From Candidatus Hermodarchaeota archaeon (GTDB lineage: Archaea; Asgardarchaeota; Lokiarchaeia; Sigyniarchaeales; SOKP01), in NCBI GenBank assembly GCA_048885535.1, contig JBHLLO010000002.1, positions 1 to 64,000 on the forward strand: 64,000 nt of DNA, given 5' to 3'. This document shows, in pieces, positions 19,730-28,992 of this stretch (position 1 is the stretch's first letter; the number at the start of each line of letters is the position of its first letter). The notes beneath the pieces were generated by a model, which saw only the letters and a program-made list of their open reading frames with translations, was not told where the DNA came from and did no database searches. The position numbers and the translations under genes were made by a program.

Positions 19730-20422
19730 TTGAGCAATATTGAAATTCGGTCTCATCCTAGATTTTATAATGTATATATTTCTGGAAAACCTAATAATTT
19801 GAAATTATATACTAGAAATCTAGTACCTGGTGTAAGGGTCTATGGAGAAAAGTTAATCACCTTTAAAAGTATTGAATATAGAGAATGGGATCCTTTTAGA
19901 AGTAAGTTAGCAGCTTTATTGCTGGAAAATCCAAAAATTAACCTTTTTTCACATGATTTAAAATGTTTATATTTAGGGGCATCTTCAGGAACAACAATAT
20001 CTCACCTATCAGATATTTTATTTCAAGGTGTTATCTTTGGGGTGGAAGTAGCACCCAGAAGTATAAGGCAACTTATTCAAAATATTTCAGATAGAAAAAA
20101 TATAATTCCAATTCTAGGAGATGCCAATTTTCCAGAAAAGTATGCAAAATCCATTTTTTCGAAGGTGGATTTAATATACCAAGATGTAGCTCAACCAAAT
20201 CAAGCTGAAATAGCAATTTCGAACTGCAAATATTATTTGAAGAGGGGAGGATATTTAGTAATAACTATAAAATCCCAATCGATTAACAGTATAAGAAGGT
20301 CAGAAAAAGTATATGAAAAAGAGAAATCGATTCTCAGAAATGCAGGTTATGAAATAATAGAAAATCTAAATATTCATAAATATGCAGCAAATCACATTGT
20401 TCTGATTATAAAAGAGATTTAG
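19730..20422 (+). CDS. flpA: Fibrillarin-like rRNA/tRNA 2'-O-methyltransferase
   Basis: EYREWDPFRSKLAA, LYLGASSGTTISH, QDVAQPNQ. Confidence 0.95.
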   Translation: MSNIEIRSHPRFYNVYISGKPNNLKLYTRNLVPGVRVYGEKLITFKSIEYREWDPFRSKLAALLLENPKINLFSHDLKCLYLGASSGTTISHLSDILFQGVIFGVEVAPRSIRQLIQNISDRKNIIPILGDANFPEKYAKSIFSKVDLIYQDVAQPNQAEIAISNCKYYLKRGGYLVITIKSQSINSIRRSEKVYEKEKSILRNAGYEIIENLNIHKYAANHIVLIIKEI

Positions 20423-21134
20423 TATAATCTGTAAGTTTTTTGTTATAGATTGTTTCGTTTAATATTTTTTTTGTAGTATTCCAAGTTTTTCGTGCAAATG
20501 ATGGTGGCTTTTTATTTTTAGTTATCCAATCTCTCAAAAAATTAATAGTTTTCATATCAGAAGGGTATCCAGAACCAAAATCTCCATATTTCTCTCTTAA
20601 GGTTTCAATCAAATTATCCCTGATATCTTTAGCAATAATAGAACTAGCAGACACAATGGGATAGGTATCGTCTGCTTTATGTTTAGAAATAATTTTCTTG
20701 GGTTTGTAATCTAATAGGGTTTTTATAGACATTCCAAATCTTTTTTCATTTACATCAGCGGCATCTATTATTATTATATTTGGTTTTAAATCATTGATTA
20801 TTTCAGTAAACTTTAATAATTCAAGTCTGTTCATAGTTAAATTACTTTTTATTCTATCATCAATCTCTTTAGCACTGATAATGATAACTTTAATAGAATG
20901 ACATTTTCCTTTTATAGTTTTTGCTAGTTCAGTTCTCTTCGATAGGGTGAGCTTTTTAGAATCTTTAACTCCAATTTCACGAAGAAAATCTAAACCATCA
21001 GATGGAAAACAAATACCGCATATCACCATAGGACCCAAGACTGGTCCTCTCCCAGCTTCATCAATTCCACAAATTAAATCGACATTATAGTCACAATTCT
21101 TGGATAAGTTCAATGAATTCCTCTTCATCATCAA
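20406..21134 (-). CDS. rnhB: Ribonuclease HII (true start probably slightly downstream)
   Basis: GIDEAGRGPVLGPM, DSKKL, HKADD, SAASS-like IIAK, GSGYPSD; PIP-like C-terminus KKLTDY. Confidence 0.94.
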   Translation of the reverse strand: MMMKRNSLNLSKNCDYNVDLICGIDEAGRGPVLGPMVICGICFPSDGLDFLREIGVKDSKKLTLSKRTELAKTIKGKCHSIKVIIISAKEIDDRIKSNLTMNRLELLKFTEIINDLKPNIIIIDAADVNEKRFGMSIKTLLDYKPKKIISKHKADDTYPIVSASSIIAKDIRDNLIETLREKYGDFGSGYPSDMKTINFLRDWITKNKKPPSFARKTWNTTKKILNETIYNKKLTDYTKSLL

Positions 21135-22095
21135 TTTCTTCTAATTCTTTTACTTTAACAATAGGGATTTTCTCCTTTATTAGAGTCTCAGTTATTTTAA
21201 TATTATTATCAATGATAAAGAGAGCATTCTTATGAAATAATTTTGTAAATGTTCTTAAACATTTGATCATAGACTCATTAATCCTTTTTTGATCTTCAGT
21301 TATTCCAGAAAATATTGGATAAAAATTGGATTTTTGAATATTTTTAGAAATTTGTGAGTATATAGATAATTGGAAAGGGACAGGTCCTTTTTTATACCAG
21401 TATGTACAAATCCCAATATCACTAATTATTTCTTGAATATGAGATTCAAATGGTGACAAGTCATTTTCTTCTAAATTTTCCTTTTGATCTAAATCAAATT
21501 TTATTGGCCAATCAAGGATATTTATTCTTTTAAAGATCTCATTACTTTCTAAGATATCAGAGATTTTTTCAGCAATTTTTTCAGAAGGACGTAAAGTCTC
21601 ATTTTCATAAGAATATACTGTCCTCTTTGCTATTCCTAACTTCTCAGATAAAGCCTTCCTACTTATTAACTGTTGTTCTCTAATTTCTTTCATTAAACAT
21701 CCATTGAGAAAAATAATCCCTCCACCGCGTTTTGCTACTATGTAGGGATACCTATTTCTACTTAAAACATTTTCTAATGTATTCAAAGATATAATTGGTA
21801 ATCCTTCTCTAATATAAATAGTATTATCTTCTAATTTTTGATATCGATTTCTAATACCAATTAATAAAGGTTTGGACTTCAATAATAATGAGAGAGATTT
21901 GATGTCGTTAATAATATCTGGACTTATATTATCAATATTTGAAATTAACTTCACGCTAAAAATTGAATCTTCTTTTTTCACCAAAATATCAAAACAGAAC
22001 TTACTTTTCCTATTAGAGTACTCATCTAAGGATAAAGTCTCAAAATCAGCATTTTTTAATATTTCATTGATCTTATTCAGTACTGTTTCAGTCAT
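21091..22095 (-). CDS. Archaeal HTH-type transcriptional regulator (COG1395-like)
   Basis: FCFDIL, LEDNTIYIREG, central XRE HTH SRKALSEKLGIAKRTVYSYE. Confidence 0.8.
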   Translation of the reverse strand: MTETVLNKINEILKNADFETLSLDEYSNRKSKFCFDILVKKEDSIFSVKLISNIDNISPDIINDIKSLSLLLKSKPLLIGIRNRYQKLEDNTIYIREGLPIISLNTLENVLSRNRYPYIVAKRGGGIIFLNGCLMKEIREQQLISRKALSEKLGIAKRTVYSYENETLRPSEKIAEKISDILESNEIFKRINILDWPIKFDLDQKENLEENDLSPFESHIQEIISDIGICTYWYKKGPVPFQLSIYSQISKNIQKSNFYPIFSGITEDQKRINESMIKCLRTFTKLFHKNALFIIDNNIKITETLIKEKIPIVKVKELEEIDDEEEFIELIQEL

Positions 22096-22221
22096 TAACT
22101 CCCATTATTAAAAAAATTAGTAGCACTAAAAATCTTTATTATTATTTTGATTATATATTGCAAATTAAATAATTTAATTCTAAAACAATATCTTTTTTTA
22201 AGATATTTTTCTGCAAAATTT

Positions 22222-22788
22222 TTATTTAGTTATAAGTTTAAGAAAATCTGAATCAGTTATTATTCCGATATATTTATCGTTTTTTTTTACTAGGATAGCA
22301 GGATAATTAACAAGTAAATTTGAAATATCTTTTGCGTTCCAATTAACTTCAACTTCAGGAAAAGGTAATTCTTTTATAAGAAAGATGTCCATGTTTATAA
22401 GTTCTGGGTTATCAGTAATCTCTTTTTGAATCTTTTTAGAAGTTATACTACCAAGATTTTGTCCATTCTCTATTATGGGGAGTTGAGAAATACCATTTTC
22501 GTACATTAGTTCTATAGCCTCTTTAATTGAAGATTTTGGTTTTATTGATATTATATTCTTTGTCATAATATCTTTAGCAATCATTTCTGCTTGTGATTTT
22601 CTCATAGTTTCATTTTCTAAAAATTCATAAATTATTTTAAATTTCGAATAGGGAGGATCCATACTCCCATTTTCAATTCTTGAAATAGTTGATTGTGGTA
22701 TACCTAATCTTTCTCCCAATTCTTTCTGACTAAAATTTAAACTCTTCCTTAAGTACTTAATTTTTGTATAATCTGGTAAAATTGTCGT
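22222..22788 (-). CDS. XRE-HTH + CBS-pair regulator (COG3620-like); N-terminus extended to a probable ACG/ATT start
   Basis: Frame upstream of TTG 22719 reads (T)TILPDYTKIKYLRKSLNFSQKELGERLGIPQSTISRIENG, completing the HTH; CBS motifs ISQLPI and GIITDSD. Confidence 0.8.
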   Translation of the reverse strand, partial: TTILPDYTKIKYLRKSLNFSQKELGERLGIPQSTISRIENGSMDPPYSKFKIIYEFLENETMRKSQAEMIAKDIMTKNIISIKPKSSIKEAIELMYENGISQLPIIENGQNLGSITSKKIQKEITDNPELINMDIFLIKELPFPEVEVNWNAKDISNLLVNYPAILVKKNDKYIGIITDSDFLKLITK

Positions 22789-22830
22789 CTACCTTATACG
22801 TAAAGTTTTTTTACTATAATTTTAAAGCAT

Positions 22831-22855
22831 AAAAAATGCATATAAAGCATTTTTT
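22831..22855. promoter_or_regulatory. Inverted repeat AAAAAATGC-N7-GCATTTTTT enclosing TATAAA, between divergent HTH-CBS and mat genes
   Basis: Perfect 9-bp arms; TAAAGCAT also repeated directly at 22823 and 22843. Confidence 0.4.
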
Positions 22856-22938
22856 TTTCAATAATTATTTTAATTAATTATTAATTTAAATCTATACTAA
22901 AATAATTGTTTATATAAATTAGAATTTGGCTATGTAAA

Positions 22939-24186
22939 ATGTTGAAAGTAAATCAACTTGACCTTAAATTTGGTGTAGAGCATTCCGATTTTCCAGAAAT
23001 TTGTGAAAGGAAAGGAGTTGGTCATCCAGATAGTGTATGTGATGCAGTTGCAGATGCTTGTTCAAGAGCATTATGTTTGTATTACTTAGATACGTTTGGA
23101 CGTGTTTATCATCACAATGTCGATAAAGCAGCATTAGTTGGTGGAGTAGCTAAACCAGAATTTAATGGAGGTCAAATAATTCAACCACAATACTTTTTAA
23201 TTGTGGGGAGAGCGATAAATCAAATCCTTAGAGAGTGCGGTCCAAATCAGAATAAATTAGAATATATACCAGTCGCTCCAATTTGTCTTGATACGTCACG
23301 TCAGGTTATGGGGAAAATTTTTAGAAATCTCCATTTGGATCAGCATATACAATTTGATTATGCTGTTAGACCGGGTTCAGTAGATCTTACAGGAGTATTT
23401 GATGAATCTCATCATTCTGAAGATGTACCTCTCGCAAATGATACAAGTTTTGGGGTGGGTTATGCTCCTTATTCAGATGCGGAAAAAATAACCCTAGAAG
23501 CAGAAAAATTAATTAATTCAAATAAGTTTAAAGATGAATGCAAAGCATCCGGAGAAGATGTAAAAGTTATGACAGAGAGAGTGGGGAACAAGGTTGGTAT
23601 TACAATAGCTGCTGCTATGATAAGTAAATATGTAAAGGATGTTGGTGAATACATTAGTTATACTAATCAAATTAAGGATACAGTGCTAGACCTTGCTGTT
23701 AAAGTCATTCCAGAGAGAGAAGTCTCTTGTCAAATAAATGTTGCTGATATAATAGAAAAAAATTTGATCTATCTTACAATAACAGGGACATCGGCCGAAG
23801 CAGGGGATGATGGGGAAGTGGGAAGAGGTAATCGTTCAAATGGATTGATCACTCCATGTAGACCTATGAGTTTGGAAGCCGTTTGTGGAAAGAACCCAAT
23901 AAATCATGTTGGAAAGATATATAATATCGCAGCAACAAATATTGCTCGAGAAATTTACAATAGAGGTGAGGGAGATATAATTGAATGTCATGTTAAGCTT
24001 TTATCACAAATAGGAAGGCCAATAACCGATCCATGGGTAAATTCCATAACATTAATTCCTGCAAGTAATGTTAGTTTCTCAAGTGTTGAAAATATAGCAG
24101 TCGAAGTTTCTGAAGAATTTTTATCAAAAGAATCTATGATTGAATTAAGAAAGCGATTAATTGCTGGCGAAGAACAAGTATTTTAA
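22939..24186 (+). CDS. mat: Archaeal-type S-adenosylmethionine synthetase
   Basis: [52 protein letters not shown]. Confidence 0.94.
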   Translation: MLKVNQLDLKFGVEHSDFPEICERKGVGHPDSVCDAVADACSRALCLYYLDTFGRVYHHNVDKAALVGGVAKPEFNGGQIIQPQYFLIVGRAINQILRECGPNQNKLEYIPVAPICLDTSRQVMGKIFRNLHLDQHIQFDYAVRPGSVDLTGVFDESHHSEDVPLANDTSFGVGYAPYSDAEKITLEAEKLINSNKFKDECKASGEDVKVMTERVGNKVGITIAAAMISKYVKDVGEYISYTNQIKDTVLDLAVKVIPEREVSCQINVADIIEKNLIYLTITGTSAEAGDDGEVGRGNRSNGLITPCRPMSLEAVCGKNPINHVGKIYNIAATNIAREIYNRGEGDIIECHVKLLSQIGRPITDPWVNSITLIPASNVSFSSVENIAVEVSEEFLSKESMIELRKRLIAGEEQVF

Positions 24187-24285
24187 AACTTAATTCCTAG
24201 TTAAATACCATTATTTATTTATTCTTTTTGTTTTTATTATTTACATTGATATTGATGATTAAATTCAAAAATTTGTGATTGTCAT

Positions 24286-24549
24286 TTGAGTTTAGAAAAA
24301 TGGTTAAAACCTGAAGAGAAAGAAAAAAAAAGTAAAGATGGAAAAACGAAAAAACAAAATCAGATTGACAAAAATAATAGAGGAGAATTAACTTCTCAGG
24401 TGCATTCCTCAACATTATTAAATGTAATGAGATTTAAACTTGAATGTACTAAAAGTTCATGCAAATATCAAAAAATCATTATTAAGAAAAATTTAATAGA
24501 AAAAGATAAAACTTGTCCTAGATGCAAGAGTAAGATGAAAGTTAAATAA
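24286..24549 (+). CDS. Small zinc-ribbon protein
   Basis: N-terminal SLEKWL, CTKSSC...CPRC. Confidence 0.6.
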   Translation: MSLEKWLKPEEKEKKSKDGKTKKQNQIDKNNRGELTSQVHSSTLLNVMRFKLECTKSSCKYQKIIIKKNLIEKDKTCPRCKSKMKVK

Positions 24550-24556
24550 CATTTCG

Positions 24557-24784
24557 CTAGTTTCTTTCTTTTATTAGTTCAAGAGTTTCAATATCAAACT
24601 GTGCTTCACAGTTGGGGCATCTATCTTTTTTTTTTAAATATTTTAATAATAAATAGACAAAAAAGCCTAGACCACAAGTAAGAATTACCATAAAAAATAG
24701 AACTTCATGATACATATGGTTAAAATTTTTCCTTCTTAACTGCACTTCCCGTTCACAAATAGGGCAATATACTCTTTTACCCGT
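24557..24784 (-). CDS. LITAF-like zinc-ribbon membrane protein (probable ACG start)
   Basis: Extended frame (M)GKRVYCPICEREV...hydrophobic stretch...DRCPNCEA gives CxxC-hydrophobic-CxxC; the ORF-track start at 24745 omits the first CxxC. Confidence 0.65.
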   Translation of the reverse strand, partial: TGKRVYCPICEREVQLRRKNFNHMYHEVLFFMVILTCGLGFFVYLLLKYLKKKDRCPNCEAQFDIETLELIKERN

Positions 24785-24930
24785 TTAAGTTCACTTCTTT
24801 AGGCTATTTTATATTTATAAATAAATTAAATGATTACTTATTAATTTAATTTTTGAAAATAAAGGTTTTTCCTTCCCTAAAATTATTAAAAAATCAGTTA
24901 ATATTTAATATAAAATTATAAATTAAAATC

Positions 24931-25056
24931 TTAATTTTCTTTTTTCTTTTTTGATAAGTCACTTAATATATTCCAAGTGCTCTTTACTCCCAAGTTATCT
25001 AATTTCTTTCTTTCTTCTTCTAGATCTTCTTGATCATTATTTTTTTCTTCACTCAT
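24931..25056 (-). CDS. 41-aa microprotein not in ORF track
   Basis: ATG at 25056 gives MSEEKNNDQEDLEEERKKLDNLGVKSTWNILSDLSKKKKEN*; composition typical of this genome's proteins. Confidence 0.5.
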   Translation of the reverse strand: MSEEKNNDQEDLEEERKKLDNLGVKSTWNILSDLSKKKKEN

Positions 25057-25232
25057 GGTTTCAGTCTTTTAAGTATTTATTATTATTTATTAAAGAACCG
25101 AACGCGAGATCTTTTTCAAATAAATAGATATCAAAACCTTGATTTAAATTTAGGCTAAATATTATTAATATAAAATTTTATATCAATAGTAAATTCTTAA
25201 GTTTTAATTTAAATTTTAAAGGTAATCTAGTC

Positions 25233-26195
25233 ATGCCCATTTGTTATCATTGTGGAAGAGAAACTGAAGATATATATCATTGCAGTAGATGTCAACAAAG
25301 TTATTGCAAACTGCATAAAACACCACTTGATCATGAATGTGATATTGTGTTGGCAAGCATAAAATCTTATCAGACTCCTTCAGCTACTATTTCAGTAACT
25401 CCAACCTCTCAAGATCTTATATCTCCAGATTCTCCAATTAGAGGGACTACAGATGGAACTTATACTTGGTATCGCCAAGAAAAATCCATACCTGATAATG
25501 CTTTTGATCCTGATTCAGGTATTGAATTTAAGGGAATATTACTGGCACATAAGTCAGAACTATTACATTTTATAATTGGAACTAGCCTCATATTTGTTAT
25601 CGGATTTATTTCATTTTTCGATCTCATTTATAGTAATTATGTATGGGCTTTATTTATGCTAGCTACTTTCTATATGACTACCTTCCTTTTTCATGAATTA
25701 GGGCATCGTCAGGTAGCAATACATTTCGGACTTCAAACTAAATTTAGATTACTTACCTTTGGAATGCTATTGACTGGTTTTAGTATTATAATAGGATTAT
25801 ATGGTTTATTTACGTCATCACCAGGATTACCTATGCTTGCTTTACCTGGTGCTGTGGTGGTTTTAGGTTTAGATAAAATTAGTAGAAAAACAGGATTATG
25901 TAAAGCAGCTGGTCCTTTTATTAATTTAGTTTATGGCTCAATTCTACTTCTCATATCTTTTCTCATTCCAAAAACGTTATATCCTCTTAATAGTTTTATC
26001 GGTTATGCTGCGTATTTCAATTTTATGCTTGGAGCTTTCAATATGTTACCGTTTGGTATATTAGATGGTCAGAATATTTGGAAATGGAATAAGAAGATTT
26101 ATATCTTCCTTATGCTACCATTACTTTTACTCTTAATAATCACTCTTTGGAGTATTTTTGCACCATTTGATATTAATCCATATATTCCACATTAA
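25233..26195 (+). CDS. AN1 zinc finger + M50 (site-2) intramembrane metalloprotease
   Basis: CYHC...CSRC...YCKLH..PLDHEC; HELGH, AAGPFIN, FNMLPFGILDG. Confidence 0.85.
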   Translation: MPICYHCGRETEDIYHCSRCQQSYCKLHKTPLDHECDIVLASIKSYQTPSATISVTPTSQDLISPDSPIRGTTDGTYTWYRQEKSIPDNAFDPDSGIEFKGILLAHKSELLHFIIGTSLIFVIGFISFFDLIYSNYVWALFMLATFYMTTFLFHELGHRQVAIHFGLQTKFRLLTFGMLLTGFSIIIGLYGLFTSSPGLPMLALPGAVVVLGLDKISRKTGLCKAAGPFINLVYGSILLLISFLIPKTLYPLNSFIGYAAYFNFMLGAFNMLPFGILDGQNIWKWNKKIYIFLMLPLLLLLIITLWSIFAPFDINPYIPH

Positions 26196-26296
26196 TCAAA
26201 AGGAAATATTAAAAAATTATCAAAAGAATTATGAAGTAAAAAAATTTTAAGTTTATTAATAGATTTTTTTTTTAAAATTTATTAGAGTGAATTGAG

Positions 26297-27244
26297 TTGG
26301 CATTCTGTGAATTCTGTGGAGAAAAAATAGGATATTTACCATTTAAATGTAAATATTGTGGAGGAACATTCTGCAAGAAACATAGATTACCTGAAAACCA
26401 TCAATGCTCTTTTGAATTAAAGCATGTACCGCTTGTCCCTGCGGATGTTAAAGAGATTCCTGTTTATGATAAGAGAGAATCTAAAGTAGCCATTCAAGAA
26501 GAGGCTATAAAAGCACCAAAAGCATTAAAAAAATATTTAAAACGCCAAGAAAGAGAAGCAAAATTAATTAAAAAACGAGCTCAGCCTTCTGTTTGGGGAA
26601 GATCTCGCATTAAAGGAACAAAAATATTAGTAGGTTTGATTTTAGGATTTTCGATTCTTGGATTTATTCTTCAATCTTATGGGCTTGGTAGGTACATTTT
26701 TTTTGACATATATATTTTGATCAATAATTATTTATTCCATACTATTCTCACATCTCTTTTTATAGGTCAAGTTTTTGATCCTTTTGGATTTTTCTTCTTT
26801 ATAATAATGATATTCTTCTTATTTTTTATCTCTCGAAGTATTGAGTTAAATTATGGGACTTCATTTTTAATAAAACTTTTTTTGCTTAGTGCTATAGGTT
26901 CTATGTTAATTTATATATTACTCAGACTCTTACTGATCACTATTTATCCCTTAGATGGATATTTCTTTAATTTATTCTATGTAGGTTTTGCTTGGGGAGG
27001 AATCTTAGGTTTATTAGCGTCTATGATTTTTCCAAATGCAAATAGGGAGATTACTGCCTTTTTTTACTTTTTACCAATTAGAATGAAAGGGAGGACATTT
27101 CTATTTATAATAGTATTAATCCGTTTGCTGCCAGTGTTACTTTTTGTATATTTTGATCCTGGGATTGTGTTGTATTATATACCGGATTTAGGAGGAGTAT
27201 TATTTGCATATATTATTTTCAAATATGATTGGGGTTTAACTTAA
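26297..27244 (+). CDS. AN1 zinc finger + rhomboid/Derlin-like membrane domain (probably non-catalytic)
   Basis: CEFC...PFKCKYCGGTFCKKHRLPENHQC; six TM segments, LTSLF, SIELNYG, PIRMK; GFAWGG and PDLGG at the catalytic GxSG and AHLGG positions. Confidence 0.75.
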   Translation: MAFCEFCGEKIGYLPFKCKYCGGTFCKKHRLPENHQCSFELKHVPLVPADVKEIPVYDKRESKVAIQEEAIKAPKALKKYLKRQEREAKLIKKRAQPSVWGRSRIKGTKILVGLILGFSILGFILQSYGLGRYIFFDIYILINNYLFHTILTSLFIGQVFDPFGFFFFIIMIFFLFFISRSIELNYGTSFLIKLFLLSAIGSMLIYILLRLLLITIYPLDGYFFNLFYVGFAWGGILGLLASMIFPNANREITAFFYFLPIRMKGRTFLFIIVLIRLLPVLLFVYFDPGIVLYYIPDLGGVLFAYIIFKYDWGLT

Positions 27245-27323
27245 GCGACGATCAAATAAAAACAAATATCAATGAATTTTAATTTTATTTTTTAAACTAC
27301 AATTGTTTGTTAAATTATATCTC

Positions 27324-27983
27324 ATGACAAAAGGAGAAATTTCGAAAATCATTGAATTAAATGAAGATTTAATAAAAAATAATGAACAATTAGCACTCCA
27401 TAACTCAGAAAATTTTAAAAAGTATAATATCCATACTTTTGACATTGTTGGAGCAATTGGTGCAGGTAAAACTGCTCTTATTGAAACACTAGTTAAAGAA
27501 CTTTCTCAGAAGATGCGAATTCTAGTGATTAATGGAGATGTCACTACTCGCGTTGATGCAGATCGTATTAAAAGACACGGTATAAAAACAATTCAAATTA
27601 ACACAGGGAGAGAATGTGCTTTGAATTCCTATCACATCTCTCAAGTAATTAAAAATCATGACATAAGTAATTATGATGTAATTTTCATTGAAAATGTTGG
27701 GAATCTCATTTGTCCGTCTGATTTTATATTAGGAGCTGAAAAACGAGTTTGTATAGTATCTATTACTGAGGGTGAGTGGGTAATAGAAAAACATCCAATG
27801 CTTTTCAAGATGTCTGATTTAGCTGTAATTAACAAAATCGATTTGTTGGATGTAATGGACGTTAATATTAATAAAATGATAAACGACGCAAGGGAAATTA
27901 ACCCTCACATTAAGCTTATAAAATCCAGTGCAATTACAGGAGAAGGTATCCCAGAATTGATAGAAACTTTATTTAGAAAGTAG
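27324..27983 (+). CDS. hypB: Hydrogenase nickel-incorporation GTPase HypB
   Basis: GAIGAGKT, INTGREC, ENVGNLICPSDF, INKID, SAITGEG; ATG 27324 preferred over TTG 27303. Confidence 0.88.
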   Translation: MTKGEISKIIELNEDLIKNNEQLALHNSENFKKYNIHTFDIVGAIGAGKTALIETLVKELSQKMRILVINGDVTTRVDADRIKRHGIKTIQINTGRECALNSYHISQVIKNHDISNYDVIFIENVGNLICPSDFILGAEKRVCIVSITEGEWVIEKHPMLFKMSDLAVINKIDLLDVMDVNINKMINDAREINPHIKLIKSSAITGEGIPELIETLFRK

Positions 27984-28051
27984 CTAAATTTTAAATTAAG
28001 AATAAATGTAAAACAATATTAATAATAATAAAAATAAAATACTGAATTACG

Positions 28052-28480
28052 ATGTCCTTAAGACAGTATAATACAGAGTTGCAATCATTAATAGATAAAA
28101 TTGTAAAAGTGTATTTAGATAAAGATAAATTCTTTGTAGGTTTATTGAAAGGTGTTAGTGAGGATTCTAATTTAATTCTAGAAAATGCAAAGAATGAAAA
28201 AAATAAAGATTTTCCCAAGGTTTTAATAAGAAGTACTTATTATTTTTATGTTACAGTTGAAGAAGAACCTTTTCCTATGCAAGCTTTAGCGGATCGTATT
28301 GCTACTATCTTTTCAAAAGGTCACGTAAATTACATTACAGATCAAAATATAATTTCTATTTTAAATGGTAAAATTATAGTCGATGAAAATGGTGTTCGAG
28401 GCACAGGTCCATCTGCAGAACGAGTGAAAAAAATATATGAGCAATTCAAATTAGATATTGAAAATCCTTCAGAGGAATAA
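28052..28480 (+). CDS. Sm-like archaeal protein with C-terminal extension (SmAP3 type)
   Basis: Sm1 motif VKVYL...FVGLLKG...NLILENA, Sm2 VLIRS, plus an approximately 70-aa C-terminal domain ending GPSAERVKKIY. Confidence 0.8.
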   Translation: MSLRQYNTELQSLIDKIVKVYLDKDKFFVGLLKGVSEDSNLILENAKNEKNKDFPKVLIRSTYYFYVTVEEEPFPMQALADRIATIFSKGHVNYITDQNIISILNGKIIVDENGVRGTGPSAERVKKIYEQFKLDIENPSEE

Positions 28481-28503
28481 TTTTTTTTAAAATTACAAGT
28501 TAA

Positions 28504-28983
28504 TTAATTTATAAAAAGATCTAAGAGATTCTTTAAATTTAAGTTTTGAATTACATTTTTCATTAATGCTTTCCCCAAAGGAGTTACAATCAATGAGCCT
28601 GAATCTTCTATTTTTCTTAAATAATCATTGTTAATTAAAAAAGCTATATCAGATTCCCACACTTCAGAAAATACCTCTTTAAGATCTTCAATCTTTAAAT
28701 TATCATCAACTTCTTTGCTCATAGCGATAATTAAAGCCAATGTTCCATATTGCGATGCTGAGATAGTGTCATCTTTTCCTTCGGATGTCAAAATGTAAAA
28801 TGTTTCGTTAAGAAATTTTGATTTAATAAACTCAAATCCAACATTTTTTAGATTATGATAGACATCACTCATTATTTTATCAAAATCGTAATTTTTACAC
28901 AAGTTTTTTAGATCATCTTCCCTAATCATTTTTTGGGGTTGTGTTAAAATCATTCTTGTAATTAACTTAACTGTATCTTCCAT
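28504..28983 (-). CDS. Tandem winged-helix protein, MAGE/Nse3 (KITE)-like
   Basis: FDKIMSDVYHNLKNVGFEF...FYIL (WH-A), GTLALIIAM...LINNDYL...IVTPLGKAL (WH-B). Confidence 0.55.
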   Translation of the reverse strand: MEDTVKLITRMILTQPQKMIREDDLKNLCKNYDFDKIMSDVYHNLKNVGFEFIKSKFLNETFYILTSEGKDDTISASQYGTLALIIAMSKEVDDNLKIEDLKEVFSEVWESDIAFLINNDYLRKIEDSGSLIVTPLGKALMKNVIQNLNLKNLLDLFIN

Positions 28984-28992
28984 AATAATATT

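Noticed and set aside
27303-27983. Hydrogenase gene cluster around hypB
   Set aside because: No hypA/C/D/E/F or hydrogenase subunit genes in the window.
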